Below are positions 42,412 to 54,987 of a DNA stretch of 64,000 nucleotides, in pieces; within the stretch, counting starts at the first letter, position 1; every line of letters begins with the position of its first letter. The stretch comes from Eledone cirrhosa. Taxonomy: Eukaryota. A program made the position numbers and the translations under genes. A model generated the notes under the pieces. It was not told the DNA's origin. It saw nothing but the letters and a program-made list of their open reading frames with translations, and made no database searches. Location: contig OZ024743.1 of the NCBI GenBank assembly GCA_964016885.1, positions 336,908,001 through 336,972,000 of the forward strand, read 5' to 3'.

Positions 42412-45400
42412 TAGCAGAAGTACCCGGCGTTGCTCGGGTGTAAGTCGACCCTTGCTCTGTTGTTAAAATGTGTGAAAGTTACTTCCCGCGCATCACAGGT
42501 GCAAAAACCTTCGAACCTCAAGGAAAAAAACAGAGGTTAGTAGACTCAGGTGTGTAATTGAGCATAAATAATGGATCAATTGTAGGTTCACGGTGTATCG
42601 TTGAAATTGTTCTTTGCACGACTGACGGAAGTCAAATTCACTTGAAATTCACTTCAAAAACCGGGGGGGGGGGGGGGGGGGGGGAGTCGATTTTTATCAG
42701 AGTTTTTCTTTTTTACAATTTTCGCGCTGACATGTGCAGAAGAAGAAATAAAAAGGACTTTATCTGAACCGCGGCATAATGGCGAGTCTTTTGCGATAGT
42801 TTTCAAGAAAATCGAACGTTCCTGTAAAAAGTTTTCCCATGTGCAACTTTGCCATGTTTTTTACGCAAAGTCGAACCCCCGCTTCAGTTTTATTGATTTT
42901 TTTACATGAATGCGTGACCTCTGAAGTAGATTTGAGTAGCTAGAAACCTGTTCCGGTAAATTTGCTATAGGTGAATAAAAGTTGATCAAAATTGTGTCTA
43001 GGGTTATTGCCCTTTGCAAGAGCCGCAACGTGTCTTCAAGTGTGGTTTGTTAATCTGTTGTGGAACAAAATCGACTTTCGTCAAATCGGACCGAGGAAAC
43101 AATGCTTCCATTTGTCTTTCTAGCTGGTGTACCCGGTTACACTCGGGGTTATAAGGTGCTGGATTTAAACGGATCTGCGCTAAATTCCAACAGGATGCTT
43201 TAACCGAAATAAATGAAGAACAAACGTTTCTTTTTGTGCTCCAATCTGTGATACTGGTATTTTGAAAAAATAATCCACAAACATCCATGGAGCATGTGTA
43301 ACGCATGTATCAGGTTATGAGAAAAAGGGTTTTCGATTCTCCATTCATAAGATACCAAAAAATTGCACGCAAATAAACCGCGATTTTAAGGCACTGCCCA
43401 ATTCATAGCTGAAAGGTAAGAATCAAGTGGAATAATGTTTTGCGACATTGTCAAATGTACAACCGTACAAAGGCAAAGGATATAGCCATTGAAATCTAGG
43501 TAGACCAAAGAATTTGGTGGGGTTGTATATCAGAGGATTGCTTTCCTTGTGATTCGCGTCTAGTCTACAAAGTGAAGTTAGATGATTGTAGTCGGTGTTG
43601 TATCAATAAAAAATAAAAGCATACGGAAGACTGAACACTTACGAATTAAGTGAAAATCACGTTGATATTCCTATCGGAGCAACATGTGCCGAAAAACCTG
43701 ACGGACTGTTGTGTCAATATTGAAATCGTAGAAATTGCGAATCCCACCTTGGAGGTGAAGAGGAAGGATTTGGTACAATTGTTTTGCTGAACATGTTGAA
43801 CATTAATTTAAATAGACTTACGCAGTATCATCGTGCGGTTTTGTTGTTTATGGCCTAGAATGAGGGCCAGTTAAACGCGGCAGAAATATAACCCATGCTG
43901 ATGATGTTTAGGGGCGTCGCAGGGAATAGATGCGGCGTTGTGAGTCAATTGTGAGGACAGTGGAAGGCACGCTGATCGCTTGAGAAGACGCGATGCTACA
44001 CAGGATGCTTCTCGGCCATAATTGATAGAAAGGCATGTCAAGAGAAATCAAAGAGTTGCTATTCATCCTTTGCTTAGCATGATGAACATGTAATTAAAAA
44101 GATTTAGCATGGACTATCGTGCACGTTGGTATTGTGTTTAGCCTGCGAAAATCGGTGGTCAAATGGGGCAACAATAAGCCATGCTGATGACGTTTAAGCA
44201 GGTGGCAAGGAATAGATGCGGCATAGATAGCCATGGGAGTTTTAGGTGCACGGCGGTCAGGAAAAAGAAAGGGCCGAGGAGGGGATGGTGGCTGACAGTG
44301 CATGGATGCGGCATCCTGAGGCATGACGATGCAGTGGGACAACGGCCAGCAGGCAAGGAAGAGGGCAGGGGTGGACGGTGGCAAGGATGCCGCATGGTGA
44401 GCCATGGCAGTCTTGAAGGAGCACTGCAGGCAGGCAAAAGAAAGGGTCGAGGAGGGGATGGCGGCTGACAGAGCATTGATGCGGCATGGTGATGCATGAC
44501 AATGCAATGGGACGACGGCGTGCAGGGAACGGAGAGGGCAGGGGTTGACGGTGACAGGGATGCGACTTGGTCCCTCAAGACTGCCATACCTAGGCAGTGG
44601 AAAGGGTCGGGGAGTGGATGGCGGCTGACAGGACAGGGATGCAACATGATGAGGCATGACGAAAGGGCAGGGTGCATGGCGGCTGACAGGGCGTGGATGC
44701 GGCATGCCAATTGAGTTGCACCTCGGGAGTGTAGAGAGCACCGGGAGGCACGATGATTGTTTGAGAAAACCGGGTGCAAGGCAGGATGTTTATCGGTCAT
44801 CATGATCGGTAGGCTTTGGAGGAGAAAGGGATGAATTTTTGTTTAATTTTGTTAAATATGGTCAAAATGAACGTAAAAAGACTTACACAGGATCGTCTTC
44901 ATGTTCGGTGCTATCTTTGGTCTGAGATAATGGGCGGTTATGTGCGGCGCAGGAATAAACCATGCTGATGACATTTAAGCAAGTTTCTGACAGGGCAGGA
45001 ATGCCGCATGGTGAGCCATGGCAGTCGTGAGGGACCAAGGCGTGCGGGCAAGGGAGAGGGCAGTGGTTGACGGTGGCAGGGATGCGGCTTGGTTAGGCAT
45101 GGCAGTCTTGAAGGAACACGGCGGGCAGGCAAAATAAACGGCTGAGGAGGGGGTGGCGGCTGACAGATCATGGATGCGGCATGGTGAGGCATAACGATGC
45201 AGTGGGTCGACGGCGTGCAGGGAAGGGAGATGGCCGGGATTGACGGTTGCAGGGATTCCGCATGGTGAGCCATGACACTCGTGAAGGACCAAGACGTGCG
45301 GGTAAGGGAGAGGGAAGGGGAGGGCATGGCGGCTGACAGAGCATGGATGCGGCATGGTGAGGCATGACGATGCAGTGGGACGACGGCGTGCAGGGAAGGG

Positions 45401-46053
45401 AGAGGACAGGACTTGATGGTGGCAGGGATGCGGCTTGGTTAGGCATGGCAGTCTTGAAGGAGCACGGCGGGCAGGCAGAAGAAAGGGCTAAGGAGGGGAT
45501 GGTGGCCGACAGGGAAGTAATGCGGCATGGTGAGGCATGGTGATGCAGTGGGACGACGGCGTGCAGGGAAGGGAGAGGACAGGAGTTGACGGTAGCAGGG
45601 ATGCGGCTTGGTCGGGCATGGAAGTCTTGAGTTCTCCCGGAGTGTAGGCAATGGAAATGGGCAGGGGTGGACGGTGGCAGGGATTCGGCATGTTGAGCCG
45701 TGGCAGTCATTAGCGACCACGGAGGGCAGGCAATGTAAAGGGCCGGGGAATGAATTGCTGCTGACAAGGCAGAGATGCGCATGGTGATGCACAACGATGC
45801 AGTGGATCGACGGCGTGCAGGGAAGGGAGAGAGCAGTTTCATCGAAATCGAACGATTTTTGAAATTATCGATTTTTGGCTTCTGGGGGCCCGATTATCGA
45901 TTTTTCGAAAATTTCAAGTAGCCCATTCCAATCTACGGGTCGAGTTTTATATATGTGTCAAGTTTCATGAAAATTGGATGAACGATGTAGCCTGCAAGTT
46001 CGGGACACCAAACAAACAAACAAACAACGCGCAACTTCACTTTATATATAAGA
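42411..46053 (-). mobile_element. Non-autonomous Helitron (~3.6 kb)
   Basis: Minus strand starts A|TC at 46053 and ends with the hairpin CCCGAGCAACGCCGGG followed by TACTTCTGCTAG|T. Confidence 0.8.
44170..45840. repeat. GC-rich imperfect tandem repeat (~170-180 bp period) inside the Helitron
   Basis: Recurrent GGATGCGGCATGGTGAGGCATGACGATGCAGTGGGACGACGGCGTGCAGGGAAGGGAGAG blocks. Confidence 0.85.
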
Positions 46054-46377
46054 TATAAGGTAGAACATGTATTTAAGACATTAGAATATTAGGGCCGGCT
46101 GTCTATTTGATGATGATCTCTAGAGACAACTATCCAGTTCTTCAGATATTAATAACAGCCGTTCTACCTCCTGTATGTATATATGATATATATATATATA
46201 TATATATACTACGTACTTATGTATATATCTACATGTGTATGCCTGTAGTATGTATGAATATATGTAAGTACTACGTATGCATGTAAGTATGTACGTATGT
46301 ACATATGTATGTAGATACATATGCATGTATATATTAATGTATGTATGTAAGTATGTATGTAAGTAAGTATATATTAT

Positions 46378-46985
46378 GTCAGGTCACCAGTTGTGCTACT
46401 GGTGACAAGTATCCCAGTACAACCTGTCTCATGGTCGGGTCGTTGGCGACTAAACTGGCAACCCCACCAACGTTTTTGGTGAGGAGGGTGACTTTGGACA
46501 TCCTGCAGGACTAAAAACAAAACCTGTCAAAGGGCAAAGGAGCTCTTAAGAGTCAATGGCCATCCAAAATCACCGGGAGAGATGACCCCTTAGCCTTTGT
46601 CAAGGCAGAATTCTAGGAGAAGGAAAACTCTGATATAACACCTGCAACCCTGATGGTATCCAATGATGTTGACTTGTTCTTCTTTTTGGTAAATATCATC
46701 TTGGTTAAGAGAGTGGGACTGGCTTTGTGCAGTGCCTTTGCTCACTATAAAAGCTTCACGGCACAGGCATTGCTTTATATCTGGAGATCTCTCTGCACTT
46801 GTCGTGACATGGTACCATGGGTCCAGCACTATGTGTCAATAGTTGTCACAAGTGTAGTGTTTGTACCAGAGTTTTCAAGTCGCTGGCTGGACTAAATATC
46901 ACACTCGTTCAGCGCATCGGTAGGGGTTCTCCTACATGGATATAAAGTAGTGGCCGTACTCGAAAACGAGTTGGCAGTCACCATG
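46378..46985 (+). mobile_element. ~600-bp non-autonomous element, probably RTE-derived (copy 1)
   Basis: Near-identical to 48031-48662 and 59612-60220. Contains the RTE-like UTR motif CTAGGAGAAGGAAAACTCTG and a 3' hairpin before CATG(TATG)n. Confidence 0.8.
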
Positions 46986-47189
46986 TAAGTAGGTAGGTAC
47001 AGAGTGAGAGGCGTGGAGCTATCTTCAAACGTATGGATTTGGGAAAGCTAATAATAACGGCCTGCTTCTGCTGGAGTTGTGTACTGAATTCAACATCTAT
47101 ATCTCAAGCACACACATGAAGCAAAGTGGGGTGGGGATCATGTCCTTTTAGTGACACATTATGTTAAAGATGTCTGTAATGTCCGTTTT

Positions 47190-47726
47190 ATGCGAGGCGT
47201 TGGGTGCTGGACTGACACTGTTTAGTAAGAGCAAAAATACATTTAGTAATATAGCCAGCAGCTAGAAATCATAACGCCATTAATTTCCCAAAATGCTTTA
47301 ATGTTAATAAGCTGAGATCTCCACAAATTCAAGTTTCTTTGTGTTAACGTATCACTGCCATTAATGACACCTCTTCTTGAAGTTAGAAAGGAACCTTACA
47401 AGGCTGTGCATGAAACTCTTAGAACGACTGTGGCAACAAACAGGGCTTGATTTGATGAGAATAATCATGAAATAAAATCAATATTGTTGAAGAAGAATGC
47501 CATCAAGGTGAAAATGTAGCAAAAAGGTTTATGAAGGGAAAGATATTAACTAGAAGAAAGTCTTTAAAAACTGATTCCCGTCGTAAATTGTGTTACATGC
47601 AAGAAAGCATAGTTAAAAGATGGAAGGAATACTTCAATGATATATTAAATAGAAATTCACAGTTAAACTAAAATATTATTAACAATATTTAGCAGAGACT
47701 CACAGTACTTTCTCTTAATGACCCTC
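47190..47726 (+). mobile_element. Decayed LINE (RTE-like) ORF fragment
   Basis: IVKRWKEYFNDILNRNS-like segment with multiple stops. Confidence 0.55.
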
Positions 47727-47749
47727 TTAGTCACTTACTTAATGACCCT

Positions 47750-47958
47750 CTATGTCACTTACTTCTTTTCGGCGAAAGAAGGGAGAGAATCTAACAGTCT
47801 GTTTCACGCTGTTTGGCGATCATCAGAGCCACGCACCTCCTGCTTCCGCCGAAAGAAGTAAGTGACATAGTCACTACTTAAAAACCGATAGCGTATGGTC
47901 TTCTAAATGTTTTTAATTAAACATACGGTATATTGCCAAATATACTATACATACATTC

Positions 47959-47960
<2 letters not shown>
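47750..47960. mobile_element. Inverted HHR plus tail fragment homologous to the 4.4-5.1 kb element
   Basis: GTCACTACTTAAAAACCGATAGCGTATGGTCTTCTAAATG... aligns with GTCACTACTTTAAAACAATAGCTTACGGTCTTCAAAATG... at ~4972. Hairpin 47750-47870. Confidence 0.75.
47788..47830 (-). ncRNA. Type I hammerhead ribozyme, canonical core, partly decayed stems
   Basis: Reverse strand: GGCT-CTGATGA-TCGC caaaca GCGT-GAAAC-AGACT-GTT-AGATT. Confidence 0.7.
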
Positions 47961-47989
<29 letters not shown>

Positions 47990-48030
47990 TGTATGTATGT
48001 ATGTATGTATGTATGTATGTATGTATGTAT

Positions 48031-48662
48031 GGTGCTACTGGTAACATGTATCCCAGTACAACCTGTCTCATGGTCGGGTCGTTGGTGACTAAACTGGCAA
48101 CCCCACCAAGGTTTATTGGTGAGGAGGGTGACTTTGGACATCCTGCAGGACTAAAAACAAAACCTGTCAAAGGGCAAAGGAGCTCTTAAGAGTCAATGGC
48201 CATCCAAAATCACCGGGAGAGATGACCCCTTAGCCTTTGTCAAGGCAGAATTCTAGGAGAAGGAAAACTCTGATATAACACCTGCAACCCTGATGGTATC
48301 CAATGATGTTGACTTGTTCTTCTTTTTGGTAAATATCATCTTGGTTAAGAGAGTGGGACTGGCTTTGTGCAGTGCCTTTGCTCACTATAAAAGCTTCACG
48401 GCACAGGCATTGCTTTATATCTGGAGATCTCTCTGCACTTGTCGTGACATGGTACCATGGGTCCAGCACTATGTGTCAATAATTGTCCTACCATGGGCCC
48501 AGCACTATGTGTCAATAATTGTCACAGGTGTAGTGTTTGTACCAGAGGTTTCAAGTCGCTGGCTGGACTAAAAAGTCACACTCGTTCAGCGCTTCGGTAG
48601 GGGTTATCCTACATGGATATAAAGTAGTGGCCGTACTCGAAAACGAGTTGGCAGCCACCATG
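48031..48662 (+). mobile_element. ~600-bp RTE-derived non-autonomous element (copy 2)
   Basis: Same sequence as copy 1 with a ~36-bp internal duplication, flanked by (TATG)n. Confidence 0.8.
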
Positions 48663-48664
48663 TA

Positions 48665-48772
<108 letters not shown>

Positions 48773-49834
48773 ATGCAGGTGGGTGCAAACAAACGAAAAG
48801 TGCAATTAAGATATAATATGGTAGTTGAAAGTATTTATATTAAAAGTCTGATTTAACTGAACACTACCAGTACGTTCAAGATGGAAACACGTGAAAATCT
48901 TCAGGGGCATTGGAGAAAATTATGGCAAATAATAAAGAATGGGATTTGGGGCCAAACTGTTAACGGCCTCCATTGTTTGGTTTAGGTCAGTAGGTTGTAT
49001 TGATAAATCAGCGACAGTGCAAGGTCGTTAGCGTCTTGGGGATTATATGAGTTCCTTGGAGACCGTCAGGGATGTTAACTCTTCTGCTCTATGTATCTGG
49101 TGTCATTGGTGGGATGAAGGTTCAATTGATGTATGTGACGGGTCTGATGGTATCTGATCATCGATACCATGAGAAAACAAATATCAGTGTCCCTACCCCC
49201 AGCATACATCATTTGAACATTGAACCTTGCATAGAGATCAGAGACACAGAGCTGAAGGCTTAGAAAACGCAAGGACGCCGCGAGAATGCCCATAAGTTCA
49301 TATATCGAATATTGTTGGATTCCACCAGAATTAACTGGTTATCGGTGACTTTTCAAGACCCCCCAGCCCCAGGTGACATGAATCCACCAATTCAGCATGG
49401 CCCTAAATTCCATTTTCAATTTTGTCATACTTTAAATTCATTCTAAAGAATGAATTTAAGTTGTTCACCCTGGTTTTTCCACATATTGAATATTAATACT
49501 CTCCTACATGAACTAAAACAACTTAACTTCCGTTGATGAGCTGAGAAATTTACTCTGCATAGAGCTTCTCTCATCTTACCAAATATAATTGAATGCTCCA
49601 CTACATTCACCTTTTATATATATATATATATATATGTATATAAATCTACCAAAAGTTTACGGTAGTGTCCAATCCGTATGAAGAACTCAATGTAATCCGG
49701 ATATCATGAAAAGAAGAGATGCATTCAAAAATCACTTTCGGTGAAAGATAAACTGAAAAAAGAGTCAAGATAAATTATTAAAAAAATAATGAATAAACAA
49801 AGAAACAGTTCCTTATATTAAACAAAAAAAGTTC

Positions 49835-49968
49835 ATTATTTTACGATCGTTTCTAGGACATATATGTGTTAGAATTGGTATGCATATTCAAAAGATCTAT
49901 GTACAAAATTATACAAACTATCAGAGTGAATATACATACCTTCACATATATATGCTGTCTTCAGAAAT
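49835..49968 (-). ncRNA. Hammerhead ribozyme (left arm), stem I shortened at the apex
   Basis: Reverse complement of the 49975-50113 motif. Confidence 0.7.
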
Positions 49969-49974
49969 ATTATG

Positions 49975-50113
49975 ATTATTTCTGAAGACAGCATATATAT
50001 ATGTGAAGGTATGTATATTCACTCTGATAGTTTGTATAATTTTGTACATAGATCTTTTGAATATGCATACCAATTCTAACACATATATGTCCTAGAAACG
50101 ATCGTAAAATAAT
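49975..50113 (+). ncRNA. Type I hammerhead ribozyme with ~106-nt stem II domain
   Basis: ATTATTT-CTGAAGA(49982-49988)-[...ATATATGTG..GGTATGTATATTCA...TGAATATGCATACC...CACATATAT...]-GAAAC-GATC-GTA(50104-50106)-AAATAAT. Confidence 0.8.
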
Positions 50114-50172
50114 GAACTTTTTTTGTTTAATATAAGGAACTGTTTCTTTGTTTATTCATTATTTTTTAAATA

Positions 50173-50244
<72 letters not shown>

Positions 50245-50354
50245 TATGTGTGTGTGTACAAAAAAGTGTACTTAAGAATGATTAGGAAAAATTGAAATCT
50301 GAAATGTGAGCGGTCCAACGAAGATATTCAAATTAATATCAGTTGGTCACACTA

Positions 50355-50765
50355 TCATCATCATCATCATCGTTTAACGTTCATATTCCACGCTTGCATG
50401 GGTTTGGACGGGGGTTTTCCCACTTGAGGCAAGAGTGGTTGTCTTGTTCGCATAGGGCTGTCTGGCAGGTTTTCTACGGCTGGATGCCCTTCCTAACACC
50501 AACCACATTTACAGTGTGGAACTGGGAGGCTTTTACCGTGTTGTATACACGGCCATATTACAGCGTGGACTGTGTGTTTTTTTGTCGTGACACCTACACG
50601 ACCTCATTTGTTTCGGGCTGGATGTTGTGACACCAACATAATTTTACATTGAAGGGGTGGTGTGGATGGGGTGGGGGTAGTGGGACGGGGTGTATTTTGT
50701 TAGAGGTGCCTACTGACTGTAGTAGGTTTCACTTTGTACTTAGGTAAGGCGGGTCTTCTCTATTA
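50355..50765 (-). mobile_element. RTE-type 3' tail fragment
   Basis: (CAT)n-CGTTTAACG...CTACGGCTGGATGCCCTTCCTAAC, homologous to the tail of the element at 8846-10291. Confidence 0.7.
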
Positions 50766-50829
<64 letters not shown>

Positions 50830-50831
<2 letters not shown>

Positions 50832-52960
50832 ATTAAAATACTGGTGCGTGTTGGAGTTAAACACCCTCTTCGTATTATAGAAATGACAGTAAAAGGTATA
50901 GCTCAATGTAATTAAACAGAGCCGATAATTTGAACCATATCAATAGTGAGGGTCTTAAAATAGTCTCGGACCTCGGCCTTGATAAGTATACACAGCCATA
51001 ATACCCTAGAGAACCGAGATTCACTCTTAAGGATCATAAGGTAGACTTCATTAGTAACCCCTCTGTTAGACTCATCTGTCCTTCTAAGTCCGATATAGCC
51101 ATAATCAGTAAAAAAATCCTTGACCTTATTATACCAGATGTTAGGGATAAAGTTAATTTTAACCTATGGGGGAACACCAAGGAAGTTATAGATTGGTTCT
51201 CTGGGATTAATAAACTTGAATCTAATAAGTTTATCCAGTTCGATATTGATGCCTACTACACATCGATTTCACCCATCCTCCTCAATAAAGCCTTAATGTT
51301 GGCCATGAGAGTGTCCAGCCTTACACGATCACAGGTAGATATTATACTAGCAGCCCGTAGAACTATCATTAATTTTGAGGATACATTTTGGACCCGTAAA
51401 AACACGCCCAACAATTTCGACGTTACAATGGGTTCGAGTGATTCGGCCCAGGTAACTGATCTTGTTGGGTTGTTCCTCCTAAATGAACTATATGTTACCT
51501 TTCCGCACCTTAAAGGCGTACTATATCGTGATGATGCATTGTTTGTGATTAACTCTAGCACCAACAATGTCGAGCATAATAAGAAGCTTTATAAGTTTTT
51601 TAAAAGCTATAACCTTTCGATCACGATAGATAGAAACGATAGAGCGGTCAACTTTTTAGATGTGACTTTGGACTTGGTCACTAATAGTTTAAACCCTTCC
51701 ATAAGCCTAATGAAATACTTTCTTATGTTAGTCCCAATTCTAACCACCCCAAATATATGATAAGCTCTATAATTAAGGGTGTATCTAATAGGATTTCCAC
51801 ACTCTCTAAGGACGTAGGAACATTTAATGAACATGCGGAGTACTATAATAATGCCCTAGCTAATTCCGGTTACTCTAGTAAAATACATTATAATAATAGT
51901 AACCTTAGAAAGACTCCGCTTACTTATAATAATAATAACATAATATCCCATAACATAGCCATGAATGGGAGTAGGAAGCATAATAATCGTAGAAATCACA
52001 TAGGTGTATCTGAACCCATCCATAAGTTAACCCACCGGACTCGTAATAGGGAATATAATACCTCTATGAATCAAGTCGAACCCCGCGGTTTTAACTAATC
52101 CTTGTAGTAACCCTAGTCTTAATAATGGGATATTGGATAATGGTAGAGTCGGAAAGGATAAAAATAGAAGGAGACTAAATACTTATTTTAACCCGCCATA
52201 TAATCAGGAAGTATTAACTAATATCCCTAGGTCTTTCTTTTCTATCTTAGAGAAAAATTTCCCACCTTCTCATAAATACCATAGTATTTTTAATAAAAAT
52301 GTTATTAAACTTTCATTCTCTACCACCCCTAATATTAGTTCTCATTTAGCTAGCACTAACAATAGGAAAATTAGGGATGGATACTCCTCTCTACATACTA
52401 CTAGTCTGAACAGATCTGCAAATGCCTTACCACCAGAGCAGACCTTATCTAATAGTAATCCTACGTGTAATGCATCACTACTTCAGCCAATCAATAGCAC
52501 CCGGAAGTGTAACTGTAGAGTGAGTGCTAACTGCCCTTTAAACGGTAATTGCCTCTCTAAGAACATCGTTTATGCTTGCGTAGTTATAACTAATTCCTCT
52601 AATAGAACTTATATAGGCTCTACATCTAACACTTTTAAGACCAGGTTTAATTCTCATATCTCTAATTTCAAACATGTTAAGTTTAAGAATTCTACTTCTT
52701 TAGCACACTATATCTGGGATCTTAAGGGGGCTAATATACCATATAGCCTTAATTGGCGTTTAGTAGCACGCTCTAATAACCTTTCTACACATACTAAATT
52801 TTGTAATCTCTGTATCCTCGAGACACACTCTATAATTTTCTCTAGTGAATCCTTACTTAATAGAAAGTCTGAGATATTCTCTTCTTGCCCCCACGCTATT
52901 TCTAATTCTTACTTTTATTATAAACCTAAAGGTTCTAGTAGTGTAAATTGTATCCATTAG
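50830..52960 (+). pseudogene. PLE RT/GIY-YIG ORF with frameshifts
   Basis: MGSSDSAQVTDLVGLFLL, LYRDD, NFLDVTLDL, YFNPPY, CNCRVSANCPLNGNCL, IVY..TYIGSTSNTFKTRFNSH, CNLCILE, LLNRKSE. Confidence 0.92.
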
Positions 52961-54621
52961 CTGATATATTCCATTACTTATTTTTTAGTTTAGGTTCTTT
53001 TTATTTACCACCATTATTATCATCATTATTATCATTGGTTTTTGACAACTTTTTATTCTAGCTCTCATAATTTTTTGGCTATTATACCATATCTATCTTC
53101 TTACACATTAAATTTTCACTATTAACACCTTATGAGTATATATGTGATTATATATTTTATATTATTTTATTTCATTTTATTTTATTTTATTTGGATTCTT
53201 CTTAGGATAACCCCTCTATGCATACATAAACTTATTGCTAACCCCTTCAAATATATTATGATTATATTTAATCCCCCTTTTTATGCTCCTTTCTATTATA
53301 TAATACAGTATATTGATTATGATTTTATGCTCCTTTGTATCCTCCATACATTTCTTTTTTTCTGTCCAAATTAGCCTACCATAATTCTGCTTAAGTCAGT
53401 TTTTTAGATATCGTTATGTAAATGATAGTAGAATATTTCATTCCTTTATATATATATTTATAGTGAAATATTGATGTTTAGGGATTTTGATTACTTAAAC
53501 CATAGCTAATATTGTATTGCCTTATTAGGTATTTTAAATATTTTCAATATTAATTCATCAAATAGGATTTTCTAGTCATTTATCCGGGTTGTTTCCTAAG
53601 TTTTTACTTAACTGCATGTGAGACCTAAGTAAATACTTTTGTTTTTGTTTTTTTGATTTCCGGTCGATTTTATTTATTTATTTATTTATTTATTTATTAA
53701 TACTACTGTGCATAGTATTTTCTGTCTGGCCCTTATTCACTCATTCACATATGTGTCTGTTACCAACCTTGTAATTATAAGTAATTATATATTATATTAT
53801 GTTCATTATTTTATATTGAAGTTGTTATTCAACTCTTTGTAAATGTACTATTGATCCTTATTACTTACCGATGATTTTATGTACCATTATGATATGTTAA
53901 ATTTTATATATCATGTAAGAAGTTTATATTTTTGTACCATCATAATTTTGGGTATTGTACAATTTATATTTTTTTCTCAACTGCTCTGTAACTCTATATG
54001 AATTGATTTGTTAACTTACATGCCATTATATATTATATATTATTATATTATTATTATAGTGTTATTGTGACATCTATATTGTTTGTGTAAATTAACCGGT
54101 GATTATCTATTATATTATATAGTTTATTATATATTATATGTGTTACTTTTAATCATTTCATTACTTCATGTTATACTGTATATTAGATATATGTACTATT
54201 TTTATTTTTATTCCTATTATGCTTATTTATATTTAAACTCTTAATAAGGTTTAATTTGTGCTGTTAATGATGGAAATATGTATTGATGTATATGTATATG
54301 TGCGTACGTGTGCGTATATATATACATATGTATATTGTGCCTTTTAATTTTAATTTTAATATTGTTACAAGTATATTATATTATATTATATTGTATTACA
54401 TATAGTACTATAATTCCCGCTCTATATAACCACCTCTGCTTAGCTCTAGTTTTCTGCTTTGGACTATATTTGTAATATGGTTCAAAATGTTATCCACCTC
54501 CTTAGTGATTTTTATTATATATTTTTACCCATAATCTTCCAATACTTTAGTGTATGTACACTCCATATTCTTCGGAGTTTTCGGCTTGTATTGGCCGATA
54601 GTGCTTCTTGTGGTTTTGATT

Positions 54622-54659
54622 GCCCTGATGAGTCCTTAATAGGACGAAACATTGTTGGC
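54622..54659 (+). ncRNA. Minimal type I hammerhead ribozyme, canonical core
   Basis: GCC-CTGATGA-GTCC ttaata GGAC-GAAAC-ATT-GTT-GGC. Confidence 0.9.
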
Positions 54660-54712
54660 TAATAAAGACTTTTGATGTATTGAAGGCTTCTTTGTTTTAT
54701 TTTCATAATATA

Positions 54713-54763
<51 letters not shown>

Positions 54764-54934
54764 ATATATGTATATATATATATACACGGGTGTGTATGAT
54801 TGTGTATAGAAGATTATATTAATAAAAGGAATTCCAACTATGTCTGATTTACTCGTTTTATTTACAATCCTTTAAAATTATAATGGTATTACAATGAATT
54901 AGTATGGTAGAATATTAAATGTTAAGTGTTAATT

Positions 54935-54971
54935 GAACAATTACTTTCATGCTTTCGCAATCTTCAGGTTC
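54935..54971 (-). ncRNA. Minimal type I hammerhead ribozyme on a solo terminus fragment
   Basis: Reverse strand: GAAC-CTGAAGA-TTGC gaaa GCAT-GAAA-GTAA-TT-GTTC. Confidence 0.65.
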
Positions 54972-54987
54972 CTATTACCCACGTGTG

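Larger units (their letters stand above)
49640..50178. mobile_element. HHR fold-back element (palindrome 49771-50178) related to the pLTR at 4039-4362
   Basis: Near-perfect inverted arms with apex at 49969-49977. The left extension ATGAAGAACTCAATGTAATCC matches 731-751. (TA)n on both sides. Confidence 0.88.
50830..54710 (+). mobile_element. 5'-truncated Penelope-like element between (TA)n tracts
   Basis: RT/GIY-YIG remnant, ~1.7-kb AT-rich 3' UTR, and an HHR ~50 nt before the terminus. Confidence 0.9.

Noticed and set aside
43895-44975. CATGCTGATGA repeated three times in the Helitron
   Set aside because: No downstream GAAA or stems. Part of an internal repeat.
44094-45842. Long Pro/Cys/His-rich ORFs
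   Set aside because: They are open in several frames on both strands because of the GC-rich tandem repeat, and have no domain.
46378-46465. HDV-like ribozyme at the 5' end of the ~600-bp element
   Set aside because: I could not build the nested pseudoknot, and the candidate P2 does not covary in the 61.9-kb copy.
46590-46895. ORFs conserved among three loci (MLDPWYHV..., MVSNDVDL...)
   Set aside because: The identity reflects recent copies of one repeat, with no recognisable protein motif.
50022-50054. SECIS element in the HHR stem II apex (TGAT...AA...AGAT)
   Set aside because: The helix is too short and asymmetric, and the internal PLE ORF stops I checked are TAG, TAA or frameshifts rather than conserved TGA.
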